DNA from: the human T2T-CHM13v2.0 reference genome, Homo sapiens
Length of the DNA stretch: 64,000 nucleotides
Assembly: GCF_009914755.1 (NCBI RefSeq)
Contig: NC_060930.1
Strand: one strand, 5' to 3'
The translations under genes and the position numbers were made by a program. Positions 1 to 11,686 of this stretch are shown piece after piece. The notes under the pieces were generated by a model, which saw nothing but the letters and a program-made list of their open reading frames with translations, did not search any database and was not told where the DNA came from. Within the stretch, counting starts at the first letter, position 1; every line of letters begins with the position of its first letter.

Positions 1-430
1 TTACTCTAAATCAGTTGTTTTCAGATCATGGTCTGAAGAATCCTAGCAGGAGAGGGAGATCCTTTAGGAGTGACAGGGATGGAAGTGAGGAGAGGGGCAC
101 AGAAAGTACCTTTTGGGGTCCCCCGAGCCCTTTTTCTCTTTTTAGTTGGAGCAGCTTTGCTGGGCTCTGCTTTACATTTAGGGCTTCTGAATAATATTTC
201 GTTGAAGAAAAATATTCTGTAGGCAAAAAAAAAAAAAAAAAATTAGCAACCCATTCCTGTGGCTCTTGGGAACAATGTCTAAAACCTAAAAGACCTTTTA
301 TATCTTAATGAGCCTGTGATGAGTGTTGCTTTGAGTCCCATCTAGTGGGTGGCATTTTTTGGCCAACTCTTCTTGATTGCATTGTGGGGCAGTCATAAAT
401 CCCAAATCACTTCTGCCTGTCTCCTTTCAG

Positions 431-632
431 CTGAAAACAATGCGGCAGGAAGATTACATGAAGACGATAGCCGACCTTGAGTTACATTACCAAGAGTTCA
501 TCAGAAATAGCCAAGGCTCAGAGATGTTTGGAGATGATGACAAGCGGAAAATACAGTCTCAGTTCACCGATGCCCAGAAGCATTACCAGACCCTGGTCAT
601 TCAGCTCCCTGGCTATCCCCAGCACCAGACAG
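431..632 (+). CDS. DSP: Desmoplakin coding exon (exon 14; plakin/spectrin-repeat domain)
   Basis: tttcAG|CTGAAA acceptor and CAG|GTcggc donor; 202 nt; encodes LKTMRQEDYMKTIADLELHYQEF...; the gene continues upstream of the window. Confidence 0.96.
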
Positions 633-889
633 GTCGGCTTGGGACATCTTTCTCTTTGTATCAACCATCCATACCATTTTAAAAAGAAAGGAGTTTGCAT
701 AAAACTGGTTTCAGAACCATTTCTCTGAATGCTATATAGCCAGTGTTCTTCGTGCACTAAATTTTCAGAATTGATTCTGAAATTCAAAGGAAGAAGGTAT
801 ACTTTTAGGTAGTATGGATGTTTTTTGAGGCCTAGCACCTTGATACCTAGGTATTCTCTGATTTTTGTGGCCCTAACTTCTTTTTACAG

Positions 890-1116
890 TGACCACAACT
901 GAAATCACTCATCATGGAACCTGCCAAGATGTCAACCATAATAAAGTAATTGAAACCAACAGAGAAAATGACAAGCAAGAAACATGGATGCTGATGGAGC
1001 TGCAGAAGATTCGCAGGCAGATAGAGCACTGCGAGGGCAGGATGACTCTCAAAAACCTCCCTCTAGCAGACCAGGGGTCTTCTCACCACATCACAGTGAA
1101 AATTAACGAGCTTAAG
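890..1116 (+). CDS. DSP: Desmoplakin coding exon (exon 15)
   Basis: tttacAG|T and AAG|GTaggt; 227 nt; phase-compatible with neighbours; TTTEITHHGTCQ...INELK. Confidence 0.96.
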
Positions 1117-2030
1117 GTAGGTATCTGCTAGTATTTTGCCTGGTTACCCTGTATATTTTTATTTACCTGTAAATGAATAAAAAAAATCCTGGTTTAAATG
1201 TTTGTAGGCAAAAATATTAACTTTCAAGAAAACAGGCTTCTGGCAGGATTTCCTTATGTATTATGTTTCCAAATTTGTAGACGGTTATCAGGCTGGGGGT
1301 TAAACTGTTCGTTTGTGTGTTGTTGAATCAGGCTACCGTCCATCTCAAAAGTTTTCACAACCATTAATTTGGCTTCTTGCAGAGAACAACCTATGATATG
1401 GGTTAGACAGGGGGAATGATCTTTATTTGTAGACATGACACTGACATGAAGAGATTTGGTTGGTGAGATACGATCTCAAAGCCATAGACAGAGTGTGACT
1501 ATGGCCCAGGTGTGTCAGCTCCTAACTCAGTGATGTTTTCTGCTCAACCAAGCCTGGGCACACTGCACTGGAAGGCCTAAATAGAGATATTCTAAGAGGA
1601 TCACATTTACAGTGCTAATGAGGCCATACTCAAGAAAGAAATAGAAGGTCAACTCCTCTCTCTTCCTTGAATCCTTTACTTTTAGTGGACTTTTTAAGGG
1701 CAAAAATGATCATAAGATTCACACAGCTACAATGCAGAGTACTAACCTCTGTGTGATCAGTATGCCAAAATTGGAATGTAGTTGTGTTGCTTAATGACCG
1801 GGGCACATTCTAAGAAATGCATGGTTAGGCGATTTTGTCATGCAAGCGCCATAGAGCATACTTACACAAACCTAGATGGTATAGCCTACTATACACCTAG
1901 GCTACAAACCTGTAGGGCATGTGACTGTCCTAAATACTGTAGGCAATTGTGACACAATGGTAAGTGTGTATCTAAATATATCTAAACGTCGAAAAGATAC
2001 AATAAAAATACAGTATTATAATCTTACGGG

Positions 2031-2166
2031 GGCTGGATGCAGGGGCACATGCCTGTAATCCCAGCTACTTGCTTGAGCTCAGGAGTTGGAGGCTGCAGGG
2101 AGCTATGATTGTACCACTGTACTCCAGTCTGGGCAACAGAGCAAGACCCTTCTCTTTAAAAAAAAA
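2031..2166 (+). mobile_element. Old Alu right-arm monomer (FRAM/AluJ-like)
   Basis: gcctgtaatcccagctact...ctccagtctgggcaacagagcaagaccct plus A tail; TSD atctta(c/a)ggg at 2021-2030 and 2228-2237. Confidence 0.85.
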
Positions 2167-2227
2167 TGTGTGTGTGTGTGTGTGTGTGTGTTTATATGTA
2201 TGTATGTACATATGTGTGTGTGTATAT
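2167..2227 (+). repeat. (TG)n/(TATG)n microsatellite
   Basis: Direct. Confidence 0.95.
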
Positions 2228-2297
2228 ATCTTAAGGGACCACCATTGTGTATACAGTTCATCATTGACCAAAACATCATTAGTAGACACATGACTAT

Positions 2298-3096
<799 letters not shown>

Positions 3097-3137
3097 GAAT
3101 CAGCTAAATCAAAAGAGCTTTCCTTCATTTTTGACAG

Positions 3138-3304
3138 AGTGTGCAGAATGATTCACAAGCAATTGCTGAGGTTCTCAACCAGCTTAAAGATATGCTTGCC
3201 AACTTCAGAGGTTCTGAAAAGTACTGCTATTTACAGAATGAAGTATTTGGACTATTTCAGAAACTGGAAAATATCAATGGTGTTACAGATGGCTACTTAA
3301 ATAG
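3138..3304 (+). CDS. DSP: Desmoplakin coding exon (exon 16)
   Basis: ttgacAG|AGT and TAG|GTaaac; 167 nt; SVQNDSQAIAEVLNQLKDMLANF... Confidence 0.95.
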
Positions 3305-3708
3305 GTAAACTCAGCTAACACTAATCTCATATTTTCCTTTTCTCAAGCTTCTTTTTCTGGGTCTTCATTTGCTTTAGATGCTTGCCTTACAGTTTCTCTG
3401 TTACTAGAGATTTACTTACATCCTTCTGTGGTTTGGAGAGCATGTTAATTCCGCTAGCCTCGCATGTTAATTCCACTATTCTGAACTATAATGTTATCTT
3501 AGAACTAAGTTATGCTCTAAGGGCCAGAACTTGAGAATTCTTCAGCGAATACAAAATGTTGGTCTGAATCACAATAGACCAAAAAACAGACAAAATAAAT
3601 TTTTATCTGCTTTGACGTTGTTCTCTTTCATTACTAGCTGTGAGAGGCAAATCTTCACAGACTAATTATGTCACTGGCAATTTTATGTGCTTCTTTTGCT
3701 CTTTCCAG

Positions 3709-3847
3709 CTTATGCACAGTAAGGGCACTGCTCCAGGCTATTCTCCAAACAGAAGACATGTTAAAGGTTTATGAAGCCAGGCTCACTGAGGAGGAAACTG
3801 TCTGCCTGGACCTGGATAAAGTGGAAGCTTACCGCTGTGGACTGAAG
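3709..3847 (+). CDS. DSP: Desmoplakin coding exon (exon 17)
   Basis: ttccAG|CT and AAG|GTaact; 139 nt; LCTVRALLQAILQTEDMLKVYEARL... Confidence 0.95.
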
Positions 3848-4346
3848 GTAACTTGAAAGCTTATAACAGTGGCCCAACTTACAGGAACTAATTCAGATCT
3901 GAGCTCCCAATTATAAAGCCTCACTGGGTTTTCATGAGTTTTGAGGATTATTGGGTTTCAGTGGCCACACAGGTTGACATCAGTTGTCATCTCTGTAACT
4001 CTGTTTTCCAGACTGTGTTAGCAGGAACTATATAAGAAAGTAATTCGTGATGGGATTAGTTTGGGGAATGCTGAGTTAAACTGGTTTCTTTACTGTGGGA
4101 CTTCTTAGAAACTTTAATATGTTCATATTATTATTATAACAGGATAGCACAAAGAACAAGATTATTGGAACAAATACTGGGAAATGCAATTCAGTAAATA
4201 TATTTCCCTGGATTGACTGTTAACACTTTAAATTATGAATATTCTAAAGTGTTTTATAAACTTTGCCGCCCAATTTGGTGACTTGTAGTGTAGCATACAA
4301 TGGGAGAAGGGATTAATTTGCAATCTTTTTTTTTTTCATCTTGCAG

Positions 4347-4540
4347 AAAATAAAAAATGACTTGAACTTGAAGAAGTCGTTGTTGGCCACTATGAAGACA
4401 GAACTACAGAAAGCCCAGCAGATCCACTCTCAGACTTCACAGCAGTATCCACTTTATGATCTGGACTTGGGCAAGTTCGGTGAAAAAGTCACACAGCTGA
4501 CAGACCGCTGGCAAAGGATAGATAAACAGATCGACTTTAG
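4347..4540 (+). CDS. DSP: Desmoplakin coding exon (exon 18)
   Basis: ttgcAG|AAA and TAG|GTatgc; 194 nt; KIKNDLNLKKSLLATMK...QIDF. Confidence 0.95.
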
Positions 4541-4934
4541 GTATGCCAGCCTCCTCCCGCTCCTTCCCCATCTTCTCCCCTTTTGGTTGTTCACAAGATA
4601 ATGTCACTTGAAGGGAACCACTGAAGAAAACAGAGGTTTTGTTTTTTGTGTAAGTTAGGCGTAACAGATGCTCTTTTCATGGACTGCCTGTATGCAGCTT
4701 TGTTAGAAATGGAAGGAGAATGCATCACGATAGCCAACCCTGTGCAGGCCAGGTGCCATCCAGGGTCTTAGAGAAACGGCAGAAGCCCTTTAGCCAGCTC
4801 TTTTGTGTCCTATAAACTCTTGTTATGACTCTTGGAAGGAGTAGCTGCCTTGAGTTAGCATTCTCCAAAAGTTTATGAAAATTAAATCTTAGACCAAAAA
4901 AAATGCCTTTCTGCAAATAAGAGTTTAAAAAATC

Positions 4935-5300
4935 TCTGGAATATGAATCTGCCTATTCTGGAAATTTTATATGACTGGAATCATACAATATGTAGTCCAT
5001 TGTGACTGGCTTCTTTCACTTAGTATCGTGCTTTCAGAGTTCATCTGTGTTGTATCATGTTTCAGTACATCATTTTCTATTTTTTTCATGTGTTTTTATG
5101 ATTGAATAATATTCCATTGTTTGGCAGTGCCACATTTTGTTGATCTTTTCATCAGTTGATACCTGAGTTGTTTCCAGTTTTTGGCTGTGATAAAAAGTGC
5201 TGCTATGAACATTCATGTATAAGTTTTTATGTGGGAATATGATCAGTTTTCTTGGGTATATATCAAGTGAATTTCTGGGTGATTCTATGTTACATATTTT
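4935..5300 (-). mobile_element. Old L1 (L1M) 3' fragment
   Basis: ggaatcatacaatatgtag...tggcttctttcacttag...gctgctatgaacattcatgta. Confidence 0.7.
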
Positions 5301-5345
5301 AGGAACTAATAAGATAATGATTTTATTGTATCTATTTCCCCCCAG

Positions 5346-5508
5346 ATTATGGGACCTGGAGAAACAAATCAAGCAATTGAGGAATTATCGTGATAACTAT
5401 CAGGCTTTCTGCAAGTGGCTCTATGATGCTAAACGCCGCCAGGATTCCTTAGAATCCATGAAATTTGGAGATTCCAACACAGTCATGCGGTTTTTGAATG
5501 AGCAGAAG
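5346..5508 (+). CDS. DSP: Desmoplakin coding exon (exon 19)
   Basis: ccccAG|A and AAG|GTataa; 163 nt; LWDLEKQIKQLRNYRDNY...NEQK. Confidence 0.95.
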
Positions 5509-6010
5509 GTATAAGCCAACTTTTTGTTCCATAGCTGTTTTGAGATTAATTGGGTGTAATTCATGTTTTCCTCTGGTTTTTGTATCAGTGCCTAGGTTTG
5601 AAATGATGAATATTTAATATTACTAACCCATTTTGTGAAGGCTTAAAGAATGCCCAGAGGAAAAGCAACTGAGATGTTTACAAGGAAATGCAAATTATGA
5701 ACATAGAAATAACGTGATATTGTTCTCTTCATGTTATCATAAATTATCTTTATAAATTGAGGGGATAGGCCCAGAAAACAGGCTGACTAGAAAGTAACCT
5801 CTTACAGATAGTAAGTTAAAGGGCTTGCTTCTCTTCTCTGAATGGAAAAAATGCTCATCTCCTAAGCTGTAACTATAAAAATATGAGACAAGTACATGTA
5901 GTAATAAACTGAAAAAAGGGTACAAATAACAGTGGTAAAAGAGTGAAATCACATTTATTTAAAAATATTTGTATGCATTAACATTGGTAAATATTTCACT
6001 TTTTGTATAG

Positions 6011-6094
6011 AACTTGCACAGTGAAATATCTGGCAAACGAGACAAATCAGAGGAAGTACAAAAAATTGCTGAACTTTGTGCCAATTCAATTAAG
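6011..6094 (+). CDS. DSP: Desmoplakin coding exon (exon 20)
   Basis: gtatAG|AAC and AAG|GTatgt; 84 nt; NLHSEISGKRDKSEEVQKIAELCANSIK. Confidence 0.95.
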
Positions 6095-6288
6095 GTATGT
6101 TGGTTTCATAAAGAATGTTGGTATTTCACCAAGATTATTATTAACTGCATGACTTGCTGATTTGTTGTAAAGAGTATACACTTCCTGAGGATAGCAATTA
6201 CGGTCTGTATATATTCTTTTCTGAACAAACCATAAAAATTAAAAATCTATTAGCTTGAATTCATTCCACATTGGCAGTATCCATTTGA

Positions 6289-6673
<385 letters not shown>

Positions 6674-6830
6674 TAATGTAGTATTAGTTGCTTGGCCACT
6701 AGTGGCGCAAAGTCTTTGGAGTGGGCAATTAGACGTGCAGCCCAATGATTTAAAACTGTGGAACTGTAGCTGTTAGTGATGCTTTTTAAGTCTATGAAGG
6801 ACACTTTTCTTAAACTTCATTATGCTGCAG

Positions 6831-6938
6831 GATTATGAGCTCCAGCTGGCCTCATACACCTCAGGACTGGAAACTCTGCTGAACATACCTATCAAGAGGA
6901 CCATGATTCAGTCCCCTTCTGGGGTGATTCTGCAAGAG
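6831..6938 (+). CDS. DSP: Desmoplakin coding exon (exon 21)
   Basis: ctgcAG|GAT and GAG|GTatat; 108 nt; DYELQLASYTSGLETLLNIPIKRTMIQSPSGVILQE. Confidence 0.95.
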
Positions 6939-6985
6939 GTATATATGTCATCACATATCTCTTAAAACCTGCCCCTCCTTCTGCT

Positions 6986-7035
6986 TCTTCCCTTTTCCCT
7001 GTCTCCTGCCTCTTCCCTTTTCCCTGTCTCCTGCC
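6986..7035 (+). repeat. Perfect 25-bp tandem duplication in DSP intron 21
   Basis: tcttcccttttccctgtctcctgcc x2. Confidence 0.9.
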
Positions 7036-7515
7036 TGTCTTCCTTACCATTGCTGATTTCATCCCATTACAGGGTACCACTTTAAGAGGTTTAATAGCAG
7101 GTTATGTGCCCTCCAGTGTGAGTCATTGATGTATGATACATTTTCAGAAATGATCAGGAATCTGTTATTTAGAGTCTTTGTAGAAATTGGGCTTAAATTT
7201 CTGGGTTTGATGAGAGAGACTTCTAAAAAGTGGAAAATACAGAAATTTCTAAAAGACAGCCTCTTCTCAAAGATGTCAGAGACTATCGTACCTGTCAGAT
7301 GGTTTAGGGGAAACAGCCTGGAGAGATGAGAATGGGATACATTTTTGGCCCTTTGTTTTGCTGTACTTTCTTTTGCTGATTTTGGAATGAACACACTAAA
7401 GAAGAGAATTCACTCTTTATAATTTCACTATTTTAGAAAACAAAATCGGTCAAATTACATAGGACTTTTTTTTTAATGCAATATCTTTTTCTTTCTTTCC
7501 TTCCTTTTCTCCAAG

Positions 7516-7614
7516 GCTGCAGATGTTCATGCTCGGTACATTGAACTACTTACAAGATCTGGAGACTATTACAGGTTCTTAAGTGAGATGCTGAAGAGTT
7601 TGGAAGATCTGAAG
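7516..7614 (+). CDS. DSP: Desmoplakin coding exon (exon 22)
   Basis: ccaAG|GCT and AAG|GTaatt; 99 nt; AADVHARYIELLTRSGDYYRFLSEMLKSLEDLK. Confidence 0.95.
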
Positions 7615-8326
7615 GTAATTTATACTGTCTTTTCTTGGAGCATCAAAAAAGAAAATAGAATAGAACCTTATTATTACTTCCACATTATAACATGGATTTG
7701 GACACATCCTGGTGAAACTGTATTTCCTCTAAAGGTTTAGTGTAATACTGCTTGTTTGTAAGTCTGGGGTTACTTCCATGCTCCAATACGCTGCTTTAAA
7801 TGAACTTAAGTAATAGTCATAATATTGCAACAACTTTGCCAAACAAAAGTCACTTGATTTAATGTTTGGTTAAGGAATTTGCTTTATTTCTCTGTGTTAA
7901 AGATAACATCTTGGACTAGGTATATTTGAATTTTTTATATTCAGTGATTGTTCCCTTTATTCCTCATTTATGATACTTAAATTGAGATTATATGTAAACT
8001 TATTTTAATGTAAACTTGAAATAAAGGGAATATAATTTATGAAATCATAAGCTTTTGATTTTGAAAGAAATTACCTCATTTTACAGATGAGGTAGCTCAG
8101 ACTCAAAGATAATATATCATTTGCTAAGAGCATATGAGCAGCTGGTGCAAGAATTATGATGAGAATCCAGATTTCTTGAATATTTGCCTAGTCACTCTTT
8201 GCATGTATGTCCATGTGTGTAAAGAGAAATAAGAATGCACATTGGTCTGGGAGGGGAAAAGTACTGCTTCTTTCTTGGAATGTGAGGTGTTTTTCTTTTG
8301 ACATAATCTCTGATTTCATTCCACAG

Positions 8327-10621
8327 CTGAAAAATACCAAGATCGAAGTTTTGGAAGAGGAGCTCAGACTGGCCCGAGATGCCAACTCGGAAAACTGTAA
8401 TAAGAACAAATTCCTGGATCAGAACCTGCAGAAATACCAGGCAGAGTGTTCCCAGTTCAAAGCGAAGCTTGCGAGCCTGGAGGAGCTGAAGAGACAGGCT
8501 GAGCTGGATGGGAAGTCGGCTAAGCAAAATCTAGACAAGTGCTACGGCCAAATAAAAGAACTCAATGAGAAGATCACCCGACTGACTTATGAGATTGAAG
8601 ATGAAAAGAGAAGAAGAAAATCTGTGGAAGACAGATTTGACCAACAGAAGAATGACTATGACCAACTGCAGAAAGCAAGGCAATGTGAAAAGGAGAACCT
8701 TGGTTGGCAGAAATTAGAGTCTGAGAAAGCCATCAAGGAGAAGGAGTACGAGATTGAAAGGTTGAGGGTTCTACTGCAGGAAGAAGGCACCCGGAAGAGA
8801 GAATATGAAAATGAGCTGGCAAAGGTAAGAAACCACTATAATGAGGAGATGAGTAATTTAAGGAACAAGTATGAAACAGAGATTAACATTACGAAGACCA
8901 CCATCAAGGAGATATCCATGCAAAAAGAGGATGATTCCAAAAATCTTAGAAACCAGCTTGATAGACTTTCAAGGGAAAATCGAGATCTGAAGGATGAAAT
9001 TGTCAGGCTCAATGACAGCATCTTGCAGGCCACTGAGCAGCGAAGGCGAGCTGAAGAAAACGCCCTTCAGCAAAAGGCCTGTGGCTCTGAGATAATGCAG
9101 AAGAAGCAGCATCTGGAGATAGAACTGAAGCAGGTCATGCAGCAGCGCTCTGAGGACAATGCCCGGCACAAGCAGTCCCTGGAGGAGGCTGCCAAGACCA
9201 TTCAGGACAAAAATAAGGAGATCGAGAGACTCAAAGCTGAGTTTCAGGAGGAGGCCAAGCGCCGCTGGGAATATGAAAATGAACTGAGTAAGGTAAGAAA
9301 CAATTATGATGAGGAGATCATTAGCTTAAAAAATCAGTTTGAGACCGAGATCAACATCACCAAGACCACCATCCACCAGCTCACCATGCAGAAGGAAGAG
9401 GATACCAGTGGCTACCGGGCTCAGATAGACAATCTCACCCGAGAAAACAGGAGCTTATCTGAAGAAATAAAGAGGCTGAAGAACACTCTAACCCAGACCA
9501 CAGAGAATCTCAGGAGGGTGGAAGAAGACATCCAACAGCAAAAGGCCACTGGCTCTGAGGTGTCTCAGAGGAAACAGCAGCTGGAGGTTGAGCTGAGACA
9601 AGTCACTCAGATGCGAACAGAGGAGAGCGTAAGATATAAGCAATCTCTTGATGATGCTGCCAAAACCATCCAGGATAAAAACAAGGAGATAGAAAGGTTA
9701 AAACAACTGATCGACAAAGAAACAAATGACCGGAAATGCCTGGAAGATGAAAACGCGAGATTACAAAGGGTCCAGTATGACCTGCAGAAAGCAAACAGTA
9801 GTGCGACGGAGACAATAAACAAACTGAAGGTTCAGGAGCAAGAACTGACACGCCTGAGGATCGACTATGAAAGGGTTTCCCAGGAGAGGACTGTGAAGGA
9901 CCAGGATATCACGCGGTTCCAGAACTCTCTGAAAGAGCTGCAGCTGCAGAAGCAGAAGGTGGAAGAGGAGCTGAATCGGCTGAAGAGGACCGCGTCAGAA
10001 GACTCCTGCAAGAGGAAGAAGCTGGAGGAAGAGCTGGAAGGCATGAGGAGGTCGCTGAAGGAGCAAGCCATCAAAATCACCAACCTGACCCAGCAGCTGG
10101 AGCAGGCATCCATTGTTAAGAAGAGGAGTGAGGATGACCTCCGGCAGCAGAGGGACGTGCTGGATGGCCACCTGAGGGAAAAGCAGAGGACCCAGGAAGA
10201 GCTGAGGAGGCTCTCTTCTGAGGTCGAGGCCCTGAGGCGGCAGTTACTCCAGGAACAGGAAAGTGTCAAACAAGCTCACTTGAGGAATGAGCATTTCCAG
10301 AAGGCGATAGAAGATAAAAGCAGAAGCTTAAATGAAAGCAAAATAGAAATTGAGAGGCTGCAGTCTCTCACAGAGAACCTGACCAAGGAGCACTTGATGT
10401 TAGAAGAAGAACTGCGGAACCTGAGGCTGGAGTACGATGACCTGAGGAGAGGACGAAGCGAAGCGGACAGTGATAAAAATGCAACCATCTTGGAACTAAG
10501 GAGCCAGCTGCAGATCAGCAACAACCGGACCCTGGAACTGCAGGGGCTGATTAATGATTTACAGAGAGAGAGGGAAAATTTGAGACAGGAAATTGAGAAA
10601 TTCCAAAAGCAGGCTTTAGAG
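8327..10621 (+). CDS. DSP: Desmoplakin exon 23, central coiled-coil rod (full length in DSPI; internal donors after 8824 for DSPII and after 9292 for DSPIa)
   Basis: ccacAG|CTG and GAG|GTattc; 2,295 nt open frame within ORF 8207..10639; E/K/R/Q/L-rich heptad sequence; AAG|GTAAGA at 8824/8825 and 9292/9293. Confidence 0.97.
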
Positions 10622-11192
10622 GTATTCACAAATACTTGATCACAGCTTCACTGTTTCTCAAATTATTCATCACATTATTATCTCATCTGAACTGTGCTCT
10701 TTCTGCTTAAATAGATGCTTATAGAAAATCTAATTTTTCTTTTTATTGCTCTACTACTTCCTGTCATAATCCAGGTAACTGCTTTAAAATAATTTCAATG
10801 CTGTGTGCCCTGCTGTTCTTTAATTGCATCAAATGCTGATCTCTGGGTAGCCTGTGTTTGGCCCTGCTTTTAAGAACACTAATACATGTATAACTTCCTC
10901 CGAATGTTCCATTCTACTTCTTAGAAGTTAGCTCTTATTTAGTGAGCTATGACATACATTTGTAATGAAAATTTTCTTAAATAGAAGCCATACTAAAGTG
11001 TTTCCCTATGCAATTTTTAAAACACTTTTTCTTTTGCCTGCTTAGATGATTTTTTTGCATGGATTATTTAGTGTTCGCTTTTGATCATGGCCCTAGTGTG
11101 TTTCCTTTTGTTTGACTTTCCTTCTCCTAACCCTTAATTTAAAAATAACTTATTTAACTTCTACAGACAATATTTGTGTGTGGCTGGGTTGG

Positions 11193-11301
11193 TGTGTGTG
11201 TGTGTGTGTGTGTGTATATATCTATATATTATATATATAATTATATAATTACATAATATATATTTATCTATAATATATATATAATATATATCTTCATATA
11301 T
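11193..11301 (+). repeat. (TG)n microsatellite followed by a (TA)-rich low-complexity tract
   Basis: Direct. Confidence 0.92.
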
Positions 11302-11686
11302 TTGTATTGCTTCATTAAGTATGTTCATCTAGCTGTAACAGGTGAGATGTAGGTGTAGCAGGTATGATAACCTGAAACAAAACTCCCCACATTTTTTCAA
11401 AGCATAATTATTGTTAAGAGTAAGACAGGTCTGCAACTTACAGTTCCTTCTATAGAAAAAAATAGTAAGTATGAAGCCATTTATTGAAGTGGCAACATAT
11501 ACAGAATTTTTCCCACAAATTTGTAAAATAACAAGCTCACAGTGTATCCAGGGACAATATAGAAAGAAAAAATAAGCAAGGCTTTTTTTTTTAAAGATAG
11601 ATACACAAAAGAAAGTTAAGTCGTGATAGTAATATGATATGATTCAAAACATTATTTTTTCCCATTTCTTTCTTCTTCAATTCCAG

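Larger units (their letters stand above)
1778..2297 (-). mobile_element. Tigger3a/MER7-like DNA transposon interrupted by an Alu monomer
   Basis: Reverse complement resembles the recalled Tigger3a consensus (cagtcatg...ggtggtcccataagattataatac...aggctataccatctaggtttgtgtaagt). Confidence 0.75.

Noticed and set aside
8207-8326. N-terminal extensions of the 810-aa and 1,094-aa ORFs
   Set aside because: Intronic sequence upstream of the true acceptors (8327, 11687); not separate genes
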